Assembly: GCF_035594765.1 (NCBI RefSeq)
Contig: NC_085846.1
Coordinates: forward strand, 101,481,190 to 101,545,189
Reading direction: 5' to 3'
From: Anolis carolinensis
Taxonomy: Eukaryota
DNA: 64,000 bases
Shown: piece by piece, positions 52,787-64,000 of the stretch
Layout: each line of letters opens with the position of its first letter
How positions within the stretch are numbered: position 1 is the first letter of the stretch
The notes under the pieces: model-generated
Seen by the model: the letters and a program-made list of their open reading frames with translations, nothing else
Databases searched by the model: none
Told to the model about the DNA's origin: nothing
Position numbers and translations under genes: made by a program

Positions 52787-54023
52787 CAGGGCCGGCCGGA
52801 GATATTTTTTAATGGGAAGCGGGGGTGCTGAAAAGCGCCCCCGCCACCGGCCCCGCCTCCCGCGCCCTGGCCCCGCCTCCCACGCTGCGTGGGAGGCGGG
52901 GCCAGGGCGATTAGTGAGGGGGGCGGGGCCACAGTTGCCCCCCCCCCAGCGTGCCCTGGCCCCGCCTCCCACGCAGCGTGGGAGGCGGGGCCAGGGCACG
53001 CTGGGCGGGGGGGCGGGGCCAGAGTTGGCCCCGCCTCCCACGCTACTCCCGCTTGCCCGTCTGGCCTTTCCTAGCAGGCCAGAAAGCAGCGGAGGTCCCT
53101 CCAGGCCGCGATTGCGGCCTGGAGGGACCTCCGCTGCTTTCTGGCCTGCTAGGAAAGGCCAGACGGGCGAGCGGGAGTAGCGGAGGCGGAGCCAGCTCTG
53201 ACGCTGCTCCCCCCCCCGCCCAGCGTGCCTTGGCCCTGCTAGAGTGTTGCTAGAGTGGTGCCTTGGCCCTGCCAGGGACCTCCGCTGCTTTCTGGCCTGC
53301 TAGGAAGGCCAGACGGGCGAGCGGGAGTAGCGTGGAGTAGCGTGGGAGTAGCATGGGAGGCGGAGCCAGCTCTGACGCCGCTCCCCCCCCGCCCAGCGTG
53401 CCTTGGCCCTGCCTCCCACGCAGCGTGGGAGGCGGGGCCAAGGCACGCTGGGCGGGGGGGGAGCGGCGTCAGAGCTGGCTCCGCCTCCCACGCTACTCCC
53501 GCTCGCCCGTCTGGCCTTCCTAGCAGGCCAGAAAGCAGCGGAGGTCCCTCCAGGCCGCAATCGCGGCCTGGAGGGACCTCCGCTGCTTTCTGGCCTGCTA
53601 GGAAGGCCAGACGGGCGAGCGGGAGTAGCGTGGGAGGCGGAGCCAGCTCTGACGCCGCTCCCCCCCCGCCCAGCGTGCCTTGGCCCTGCCTCCCACGCAG
53701 CGTGGGAGGCGGGGCCAGGGCACGCTGGGCGGGGGGGGCGGCGCCAGAGCTGGCCCCGCCTCCCACGCTACTCCTGCTCGCCCGTCTGGCCTTTTCTAGC
53801 TGGCCAGACTGCAGCGGAGGTCCCTGTAGGCCGCGATTGCGGCCTGCAGGGACCTCCGCTGCAGTCTGGCCAGCTAGAAAAGGCCAGACGGGCCAGGGCG
53901 CACTGGGCGGGAGGCGGGGCACCGTCAGGGCGGTGCCCCGCCTCCCGCCCAGCCTGACGGCGCCCCCCCGGGCCTGCGCCCGAGGCGGCGGCGTCAGGGG
54001 CCTCAATAGTGGGGCCGGCCCTG
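52787..54023. mobile_element. GC/CpG-rich non-autonomous hAT element (1237 bp) with an internal palindrome array
   Basis: Perfect 11-bp TIR CAGGGCCGGCC; perfect 8-bp TSD tgcccaca (52779-52786, 54024-54031). Confidence 0.95.
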
Positions 54024-54713
54024 TGCCCACATCATTATAAAGCGTTTAGATGTATCCTATGTGATTATCATTGTGCAGACAGAGAATGTTTTCTTTTGCT
54101 GACACCATGATTTCCTCTCTTAGAATTTCTGTTTAAAAAACATTTCCACATTTTAAAATATGCCAGGTCAGCATGCATACAGGATGGTTTTTCAGAGCTA
54201 GATTGGACAGAGGGAAAATATTGGCCACACTTGGAAGGAACTCTGATGTTTCCATGCAAAGATACAAGTTTTTTCTTGTCTTAAAGGAATTCCCTTGAGC
54301 GAAGGAAAAATCAAAGATGAACAGAGAGATCCTGCAATGGAGCCAGGGCAGTGGGACTCTGTGATTACAGATATAAACAAATAGTGCCATTGGTTAGCAT
54401 TTCCATGGCACTTTATAGATAGTAAAGCCTGTAGATGCTCATTTATTTCTTGCAAAAAATCCGCCCCATTCTTTAGACAAATTTGTGGCATGGCCAGTCT
54501 GTATATTGATTTCATTCTCATACTGTACAAAGAGTATCATTTAGAAAGCGAATTCAGAAGGAAGGAGTGCAAAAATTGGAAAAATAAATATCCATGGGGG
54601 ATACGTTGCAAGACTTCATTAAACTCTGGTTAATGATGAATCCTGTTAAACAAATTATTTGTGATGGAAGCATACCACAGAGTTGTGCTGGAGGACTTGG
54701 AAAATGCCTAGAT

Positions 54714-54982
54714 CAGTGGTTCTCACCCTGTGGGTCCCCAGGTGTTTTGGCCTATAACTCCCAGAAATCCTAGCCAGTTTACCAGCTGTTAGGGTTTCTG
54801 GGAGTTGAAGACCAAAATATCTGAGGACCCACAGGTTGAGAACCACCAGCTTAGAAAGAACCTTTGGTCCTCCAGGTGTTTTGGACTTCAACTCCCAGAA
54901 ATTCCAGCCAGTTTACCAGCTGTTAAGAATTGTGGGAGCTGAAGTCCAAAACATTTGGAGGGCCAAAGGTTGGGAACCACTG
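54714..54982. mobile_element. C1 hAT MITE (54714-54848) plus a left-truncated sister MITE (~54859-54982)
   Basis: TSD gcctagat/gcttagaa (6/8); the second ends aggttgggaaccactg; another partial sister at ~31655-31770. Confidence 0.88.
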
Positions 54983-55961
54983 TTCTAGGGCATCAGGCAG
55001 TTGCTTAACTGTGGAATAATTTTAAGTGTGTTGTTGTTTGAGACATACTATAACTTAATATGGGGGCAAGGAACCAATAATTCATTGCAATGAGTAGGAA
55101 AGAGATTTGAGAACATTATGAAAAAAAACTTGATAATTGAAACCAGGCCAGTGCATAGCTGCAGGAATATAATTTATGCCAAAAAGGGCATATTAAAACT
55201 GCCACATCTCAGTTGTAGGAAAGAGCAAAGAGCAGTTTAAGAGATACCTGAAGGACTTTAATGAACACAGACACACGCATCTTCCCCACCATATCTTTTT
55301 TCCAATTGTTTTCCAAAATTAATGTAGCAAATAGCATCCAATGGGGAACTAGGGATTGGAACTGTGACACAGAGAGAAGAGAAAGAAACCCCCTTCCCCG
55401 TGACATCGCTGTGATATACAACAGGGTCACAAAGCAAGCATTTCCACTCCTGAAACTGGAACAGAGCAGAGGAGAACATGGCCAAGATGATATTTTAAAA
55501 TAGTGGGGTATAAAATTCTATTGAAGTTAAATGAGGCAATACAATTGGTTCAATGTAAATAGTAATTATGGGAAAAGTGTTTTTCATTGCACTTGAGGTA
55601 GCTTCATGTGGCCCAGGACAAACTATATGGAATACAGTTGTCCATCCACATCTACAGTTTTGACTCTTGCAGATTTGTTTATTTGCAGATTTGATTGAAA
55701 ATGTTCTAGATCCTCCAGTATGACCCTATGGTCAATTTCCTCAGGTCATGATGGGGGACATGGAAATTGGTAGAGAGAACACCTCTCTAGGAATCTCTAG
55801 ATCCTCCAATGCAATTTCTAGCAGAAGTTGCCCATAAAGTCATGCTGGAAGATCTAGAAATTCCTAAAGAAGTTTTCAAGTAAAAATGAATAGCAATTCC
55901 TTTATTTTTCACTTTCATGGAGGACTTGTGCCCCTAACCCCCAGTGAATATAGAGTGCTGA

Positions 55962-56558
55962 CAGGGCCGGCCCAAGAAAATTTTAAATATTAAGCGGGGG
56001 GGAAATTGCACACACAAACCGCCCCGCTCTGCGGGAGGTGTGGCCAGACCTGGCCCCGCCTCCCGTGCCCTGGCCCCGCCTCCTGCGTTGCTCGCCCTGT
56101 CCCCGCCTCTCGCGCAGCGTGGGAGGCGGGGCCAGGGTGCGCGGTCGGGAGGCGGGGCTCCGCCCAGACGGGGCCCCACCTCCCGCCCCGTGTGCCTTGG
56201 CCCAGGCCAGCCAGCCAGGAAGCGGCGGGAGTCTCTTCAGACTGCAGCGATCGCGGCCTGGAGGGACCTCCGCTGCAGTCTGGCCAGCTGGAAAAGGCCA
56301 GACGGGCGAGGGTGAGCAGCGCGGGAGGCGGGGCCAGGGGCAAACCCTGGCCCCGCCTCCCGCGCTGCTCACCCTGACCCCGCCTCTCGCACAGCGTGAG
56401 AGGTGGGGCCAGGGCACGCGGGGCGGGAGGCGGGGCTCCGCCCAGACAAGGCCCCGCCTCCCGCCCTGCGCGCCCTTGCCCAGCTGGCCTCCACGGCGCC
56501 CCCGGGACCATGCACCCGAAGCGGGCGCTTCAGTGGCCTCCGCGTTGGGCCGGCCCTG
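55962..56558. mobile_element. GC/CpG-rich non-autonomous hAT element (597 bp), related to 52787-54023
   Basis: Perfect 14-bp TIR CAGGGCCGGCCCAA; perfect TSD agtgctga (55954-55961, 56559-56566). Confidence 0.95.
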
Positions 56559-57270
56559 AGTGCTGATTATACAAAACTTTCTCTTCCAAAAGAGTGGGGA
56601 GTTCAGGTAGAACAGCAGAACTTTATCATCATTGCCCACTACCCACCATGTGCCATGTTTGGTGACCACCTCACTTTGCCCAAATAGCAGGGCCAATCCC
56701 ATATCTTTTTGTGTCCTTATAACCCTTTGTCCCATATTTGTTTTACTAGTAGCTTTATTTTCCTTATTTTTCTGTGAGGATTATGCCCAAGAGCTTTGTT
56801 TATGTCTCAGAAGTGGTGCAAATGATTAAGTGTTGGGTAAACACAGTTATCTCTGAAATGTATAAATAGAGATGTGTATCTTCTAGCTTTTGCATTCCAT
56901 TAACTGAAGACATGGGTTTACTTATGAGCTCCAACCCGTGTGTACAACCTTATTAGGGAAGGCAGGCAGGCTGGAGCTGCCATGTGCTCAGGATTTCATC
57001 AGTACTTTAGAACTGTTTGTCTGGAAAGCAGACTTAAAAAAAAAATATTGTGTCGTGCTCTTAAAGCAGGATTTGTGGAGAATAATGCTTTCAAGATCCA
57101 GTAACACCTGGAATAATAGGATCTGAAAGAACATTCTGGGCCTGCAATTATTTTATTAAAAGCAGTAGCAGACTTCCACTTCGTTCTTTGGGGAAAAAAA
57201 TCAGAAACATTATTCCCAGAAACTCCCTTCGTGAAATGCATGTTGAGGTTCTTTCACATTTATTGACAAG

Positions 57271-58830
57271 TTTATTTATTTATTGCATCAGAAGCAAATT
57301 GAAAATACATTTATAATACATAAAAAACCACAAGCAAAGTTAAAAACTTGGCGTTATGCTAAATTTCCTTTGACCAGAAACTTGCCACTTCGATTGCCTC
57401 TAATGTCGCAGTAAGAAGGCCCTCCTTTGTGCACTGGCAGGGCTCAGACTGCATTGTAGTAAGTGGTCTGTGCTTTGCTCTTCTCCACACTCACATGCCG
57501 TGGACTCCACTTGGTAGCCCGATTTCTTAAAACTGGCTCTGTATCTTGTGGTATCAAAGTGGAATCTGTTCAGCACCTTCCAAGTTGCCCAGTCTTCTGT
57601 GTGCCCAGGAGGGAGTTTCTCATTCAGTATCAGCCACTGATTGAGGTTCTAAGTTTTAGCCTGCCACTTTTGGGCTCTCGCTTGCTGAGGTGTTGCTGTG
57701 AGCATCTCTGTAGATCTTAGGAAACTATATCTTGATTTAAGTCATTGGCATGCTGGCTGATATCCGAACAGAGGATGGGCCAGAGATGTCAATGCCTTGG
57801 TCCTTTCGTTACAGGCTGCTGCTTCCCAATGGATGTCAAGTGATGCAATATCAGCTGAACAGTATAATTTATCCAGTGGTGTAGGGCATAGACATCCTGT
57901 GATAATGGGGCATGTCTCATTAAGAGGCACATCCACTGTTTTAATGTGGTGAGATGTATTCTACACATGAGCATGCATATTTAGCATAGAGTTGTGCCAG
58001 CCAGCTTTCATGTTATATTCTTCCTAGCATCCACCTTTTGCTTGATAGTCAAGCAGTGCTTCTTGTAAGTCAGAGCACAGTCCAGAGTGACTCCCAGGTA
58101 TTTTGGTGTGCTGCAATGCTCCAGTGGGATTCCTTCCCAGGTGATCCTCACGGCTTGAGATGCTTGTCTGTTCTTAAGATGAAAAGCAAACATCTGCAGT
58201 TTAGATGCATTAGGAATCAGCTGGTTTTCCCTGTAATAGGAAGTAAGCACCTAAAGCTTCAGATAGCTTCTGTTCAACCATTTCAAAGCTTCCTGCTTGG
58301 GCGGTGATGGCACGATCATCAGCATAGATGGAACTCTCTGTCTTTTCTGGCAGTGGCTAATCATTTGTGTAAATGTTGAACACTGATGGAGCAAGCACAC
58401 TCCCCTGTGGCAGGCTGTTCTTCTGTCTCCGCCATCTACTTCTCTGACCCTGGCACTCAACAAAAAAGCTCCTGTTTTGTGGCAGATTTCCCACAAAGCA
58501 GATAATGTGATCATCCTTTCTGATATTATAAATTTTTCACAGAAGGAGGTGATTATTTACAATATCATAAGCTGCTGACAGGTCTCTGAAGACAGCTCCT
58601 GTAAAGACAGTGCCTTTCAAAACCATCTTCTAGGTGCTGTCAGTGTCAATATTTGTGGTGTGCAGCTTTTCCCTTTCCTGAAGCCAGCTTAATGTGGAAT
58701 CATAAATGGGTTAATTTTTTCCCATAATTCTATGCAAAAGAAGTCTCTCCAGATCTTTATAAAAATGGCACAACAAGGAGATTGGTCTATAGCTTTTTGG
58801 ATCATTACAGTCTTTGCCTGGTTTCAAAAT
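57271..58830 (-). mobile_element. Vingi/Ingi-type non-LTR retrotransposon, 5'-truncated, disrupted RT
   Basis: LKPGKDCNDPKSYRPISLLCH, LPQGSVLAPSVFNIYTND, IYADDRAITAQ and FHLKNRQA..WEGIPLEHCSTPKYLGVTLD; (TAAA)n tail. Confidence 0.88.
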
Positions 58831-59408
58831 TGAGAGCCATTTCCAATTCAGTAGATGTAAAAGGTCCATAAAGGTTATTGTTCTCATTATCTAGTTGTCT
58901 GACTATTGGTTTCCTTCCTAGTTTGGAGGCAAGTAGAAGTTGGGGAAAAGAACAAAAGACATCTTGTTGTAACCATCCTCCGGAAAGCCATGGCTAAAAA
59001 CTTTGCTTGTGCATAATAATGGACAATGGCTGCTGTGGTTAGAGATAATCATTAAGGGGCAAAGACACCAGTGGCTTGGAGAAATAACTAAAAGCTTCAT
59101 TATATTTGAATAAAGCCTTTAGTTCTAGGAAAATAAAGTAACATGGTGTTAATCTAATCTAGCTTCATTCTAGGGAAGAGTTGAGAGAGGACTGGTAGGA
59201 AGAGAAGAACTAGAGAAACATCCCTAAGAATATTGGTTTACATCACAGAGAAGAGAGGACACTTTGGGTCATTTGGACTATCTCATCCTATTACTGTTTT
59301 CCTCTCTGAGGCATTCTTGACCCTTCACTGCTTAACATTATTGCTTTTCTAAGACATCAGACCATTTAGTGTTGTGCTGTCTCTTAAAGACTAGTTCTGG
59401 ATGACTAA

Positions 59409-59609
59409 GGGTACACTATAGAATTAATACAGTTTGATGCCACTTTAACTGCCATGGAAGCATGATATTTGTAGTTTGGAGGCACCGGCATTCTTTCTCA
59501 GAGAAGACAAAAGATCTTGTAAAACTACAAATCCCATGATGACATAGTGTTGAGTCATGGCAGTTAAAGTGTGATCAAACTGCATTAATTCTACAGTGTA
59601 GGTGCACCC
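59409..59609. mobile_element. Harbinger MITE, family H1
   Basis: TAA|gggtacac ... ctacagtgtaggtgcaccc|TGA. Confidence 0.85.
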
Positions 59610-60774
59610 TGAAGAAGCAATGTTACATGAGCGAATTTATTGGTGAGCCTCATTGTATCCAATGACCTTACTTCTGCATAGACACAAAAAGTTCGACTCT
59701 GTATAATGGGCTCTCAGTATTCACCAGGGACCAAAATCCATGGGTGCTGAAGTGACTTCTTGGATGCAGAATCATGCAACTGTATTTCTAAAGAAGGATT
59801 TCTAACATCTTGCTTGTCCAGTTCCAACTTCCAGCTTGACCCAGGAAATTCAAAGCAAAGATTCCCACAAATAAATCTGACTATTCGAAATCCTCTGGAG
59901 AAGGACAGCCCACCAGCATTTTAGAGAATGGGTTCTCCTCTCAAGAAGTTTCTTCGAAGATTCAATCAAAATCAATCCTCCTTTGACTTTTGCTGATTAG
60001 ATCTGGTTTTATTCTCCAGACAACAGAGAACAAGTCTTTATTATCTTCTGGAAGCAGTCCTTTGGAAATTGGAAGTCTGGTGTCATATCCTATTTCAACC
60101 TTCTCTAAACATATCCTAATCAACCAACCTTCTCTCAGAGGGCTATTTTTCTGTTCTCCTGGTTATCTTCTGAATATATCCCAGTATGTCACCACTCCTG
60201 AGCAGCCAAAACTTGTGTCTTTTATAATGATTCTTCTTGCCTTGCACTCCTCTCTGGGGTTGAATTTCAAGCATTTTGCTCTGAGGCCTTGCTGCTGTCA
60301 TCTGGTCCTGGTCACTGTCAAAAACAGGATGCTTGGTGAGATGGGATTTCAGCTTGCTCTTTTCTTCTAAATACTAAACCTCTATGTGCATCATTCATTC
60401 TGCTTAGGGATGGCCAGGAAATCCATGAAGATAAACGAAAGCAGGCTTTGTATCTTTTCATGCAGTGCTTAAGATTTTCCTTACTATTTGTTTAAACTAA
60501 AACAGTGGCTTTTAAAGTGTGATTCAAGAGGCTTCAGAGGAAATACTATAGCACTATAAATAGAGTACTATGCCAGAAGAATAGAGTGCTCAACACCGTC
60601 TCACTGAGATGAATATGTTCTGGATCTCGGTACCCTTCTCACTGCTTTTCATGAACTGGACATGCATCCCCAAAATAAACAAGATTTATTTCTGCCATTT
60701 TGAAATTGTTTGATGACTTCGGAAAGGTTTGACACTTATAGGTCTAAAATGTTCCTGGTTACATCCAACACACT

Positions 60775-60884
60775 GCATGTATTTTATTGTGTATTGCTGG
60801 GCTTGGTCCCCATGTGAGCCGCCCCAAGTCCCTTCGGTGAGATGGGGCGGAATATAAGAAAAAAGTTATTATTATATTATTATA
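60775..60884 (+). mobile_element. L2-type 3' tail fragment
   Basis: 'gtgagccgccccaagtcccttcggtgagatggggcggaatataag' stem-loop followed by a (TTA)-rich tail. Confidence 0.75.
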
Positions 60885-61284
60885 TGAGGAGATGTCTGCT
60901 CATACTGCCAGGTTGCTCCCTCTTCTCTTCCTTCCTGGGCTCACCTCAAATCTGCTCTGCTAGCTCTGGCAGCCCTTAAAAGCAGAGTTGCAGGATTGGA
61001 GGCTGTAAGTGGAAAGAGGACTGTACTCTGCCAAATGTGTCCATTCTGCCACCTGATCACCATCTTTGAATGCTTACAACCCTCAGACTGGGATCCTGGT
61101 GACTTATACTAGAGTAAATTACATTTACCTCATCATAGGAGCAGAACAGCAGAGGTGTGGTGACAGCAAAAAAACTTAAAACCATCTCGCCAACTTCCAA
61201 ATAACCCAAGACCTCCTTGGGCAGCTTTAGTTCCAGCTTCTGAATAATCATAGACAGAAAGCTGTTTTTATAATAACCAAAGCT

Positions 61285-61502
61285 GGTTCTACACTGTAGA
61301 ATTAATCCAGTTCGACACCACTTTAACTGCCCTGTCTCGATACTATGGAATCATAGGAGTTGCAGTTGAGTGAGGCACTGGCCCTCTTTGGCAGAGAAAG
61401 CTATTCTAGACCCATACAACTGCAGTTCCCATGATTCCATAGCATTGAAGCATGTCAGTTGAGTGATGTCAAACTGCATTAATTCTACAGTGTAGAGGCA
61501 CC
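61285..61502. mobile_element. Harbinger MITE, family H1
   Basis: tctacactgtagaattaat ... attaattctacagtgtaga perfect arms. Confidence 0.88.
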
Positions 61503-64000
61503 TGAATAGATTGTAAAAGGCATCTATTCTAGAGTACGTTTGCCTTCACTTGGTCTGACTGAGGAAGGTTATCTCTCTAGATATAAATATTTAGATTTAT
61601 GAAGTCAAAACATAATTCTCCGTTCTTTCATTGGCATGTAGGACTGCATTTATTCATTTCCCCCATTACCTATCACCTCTCTTTCTCCACTTTTTCAAAA
61701 TATTTTCAGGTTTTATGTTTTTTGGCATTTTATCCAGATACGGATTTGAATGAGGGAAGCTCTCTGACCACAGTTGGATGCGGAGTGGGAAAGGGGAGAG
61801 CCGAATGTTTGAATTCTTTCCTGTAAAAGCAAGTCCCTGCCTCTTGATTCTGGTGGTTTGACAAATGTGGAGTCAAAAAGCACACCAGACAAAAGTAAAC
61901 CTTGGCAGCCTATCAAAAGCAGAAGGTGTAGGCTAAAGATAACTAGCAAGCAAAGCAAAAGGCACTTGTTTTACTGAAATGAGTAAACCTCTCTGGGAAA
62001 GGCAGTATGGCAAGAACAGAAGCAGAAAAGGTATCAATTGGACATTCAATATTCCAATGAAGGACCTTTAAGTAGCAAAAGGACATCACCAAGGAATGGA
62101 ATAATGAGAAGTCTAAATATGGTGTGTGTATTTAAATTTAAAAATTCAGTGTAAATTGAACTCTTTTATTGGCCATTCAGCCAAAACATGGGAGAAACAG
62201 TAATGCATAATGCCTGCCTGCATTCAAAGTCTTGATTGTTAAGGGCAAATTATGACAAACCATAGTTTGGTGGATTTGAATATAATGACAAACCCTTGAA
62301 TCCCTTAGTAATCTTTGGTTTAAATCCAAGGAAGCCTGCTAGTCTACTCAATTGGGACTAACACTGGATTTAAGGCATCTGTTCTTATTTTCCTTCACAT
62401 GTAGGGTAAGAAGATGCAAATGTCAACGTCCCAGGCTCACAGCTACTTATCTTAGGGTTTTGTGTGTGTGCGTGTCAAGAGTGACTTGAGAAACTGCAAG
62501 TCGCTTATGGTGTGAGAGAATTGACCGTCTGCAAGGACATTGCCCAGGGGACGTCCAGATATTGATGTTTTACCATCCTTGTGGGAGGCTTCTCTCATGT
62601 CCTATATCTAAGGTAGCAAAAAAGTATGGCTTCCTAAGGCAAACTTATCATAGGATTTCCTTCACCATTTGAACAATTACTAACAAACATGTGAACAACA
62701 TGAAAGGTAAATAAGAGATAGAAAAAGATGATGAAGCTTTATAATAGAACATCTTTGACTTTTTCTTCATTATTACACACAGTTCTTGTAAGCCAAGTGG
62801 AAGGGAAATTATCGGTTTTTCAGAAACCCACTCCAAATACTAGAATCTGATCCCAATAAAGTGTTGAGAATGCTTTTAAAGCTATTATTATTCATTCCTT
62901 TTGAAATGATGCATGATTAAATTAGGTTTTGATGAAATAGTCTCACATTTGAAAGGAATATGGGTTGAAACTCTTGTGGGAGCATGCCTGCTTTTTATAG
63001 GGCTGTAAAAATTGGTTCCTTTCCATCTTAAATTTGGCCAGCTTCATGGAGTAATCTGACATTCCATGGTCCAGATTACCAGAAAATCCACTTCCATTTT
63101 CAAAGCTATTAAAGGCATTTTTCTCTTGGGCCGATCAAGTTGCCGCAAACAGAATGCCAATTTTACAGATTAAAACTTCAGCCAAGCTCAGGGGCGAGAG
63201 CGCTTGAGGGGAGATTTAATTCTGAAGTATTCATGTTAATTTCAAATTGAAAAGCTAATGAACCAATTAAAAGTGGCCCCTAGATCTGCTTGTGGAATAG
63301 AGATTGTAATAACACATTCTTCATTGATTCAGAAAGCATCCGGGAGATGGGGTAAATATAGACTATCTACTTGATTTATTGAGGTTACTGTGAGCTCTCA
63401 GCTGAAGCTGGTATAATGCACAAAAATTTGAATACTTTTCATAACATTTGGCAACACTGACACACATACCTAGAAAATCCCAATTCAACAAGACTGAGTT
63501 GGGGGCAGGTTTACTAGACTGGAATCCCATTTACACTACACAATTATAGCACTACATTATGGCCCTCATATCTGTGGGCCATATATGCCAAGGCTCTCCG
63601 TGGATACCTGGACCCATAGATGAAACTGAACTCTCTATTTTGACTATACTTGGGTCCGAAGCATACCACAGAATTGCACAGGATCTTATCACATTAACAT
63701 CAAGATTTGCCACATATCATGACAAATCCATGAGGCCCTGACAGGAGGCATGGAGAACCCTTTCCCCCATGTCCCACATTGCCCAATTTATCTTTGGTCC
63801 CATCCCACGGGAGGAAACGTCCACCACGCAGCTTCCCCCCATTGTTGCAAATACAAAACAGAGCCCTGCCAGAAGTAGATGCATGTCATGTAATGGGCTC
63901 TGTGGGGAAAGAGGAGAGGAAGCGGCATACAACAAGCAAATTAGCCCACATGATGAGGTCACTAGAGAGGCCCACAAATATATCCAAGGAGTAATCTGTT

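Noticed and set aside
53239-53257. Filler 'tagagtgttg' resembles the flank of the second GC element (tagagtgctg, 55951-55960)
   Set aside because: A 9/10 match is within chance, and that flank belongs to an older MITE end
52860-53895. CRISPR array or endogenous parvovirus/AAV ITR
   Set aside because: No unique spacers or cas genes; no (GAGC)n Rep-binding array or rep/cap remnants; TIRs plus 8-bp TSDs indicate hAT
52576-56735. Many long overlapping ORFs (up to 263 aa) on both strands
   Set aside because: Stop-poor GC-rich palindromes give near-identical P/A/G/R-rich peptides on both strands; no domain; largely confined within TIRs
61128-61238. Minus-strand open segment (KLELKLPKEVLG..) with AG/GT ends
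   Set aside because: No protein family recognised; such pseudo-exons are common; needs RNA-seq or BLASTX

Overview
This is eukaryotic, not prokaryotic, DNA: AT-rich, CpG-depleted non-coding sequence from a squamate reptile, most likely an Anolis lizard (inferred from Sauria-type SINEs, CR1/L2/L1/RTE/Vingi LINE remnants and many hAT, Harbinger and Tc1/mariner MITEs). I found no recognisable host exon, intact RNA gene or CRISPR array. The long ORFs at 52.6-54.0 kb and 55.9-56.7 kb are artefacts of GC-rich palindromes, and the recognisable peptide ORFs are decayed transposon fragments. There is an N gap at 41572-41704. Most notable: (1) two CpG-island-like hAT elements with perfect 8-bp TSDs (52787-54023, 55962-56558) built from alternating palindromes with mirrored private variants, flip/flop apices and a repair scar, suggesting fold-back amplification and arm-to-arm correction; (2) a perfect 58-bp inverted templated copy 7 kb from its donor; (3) a 692-bp solo LTR inside a CR1; (4) SINE head/tail module shuffling, including 5S-derived SINEs; (5) a ZNF143/THAP11-like ACTACAnnTCCCA motif in two unrelated MITE superfamilies; (6) several repeat-free, motif-dense candidate enhancers. 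Family names come from recall without database searches. Boundaries of decayed elements are approximate.
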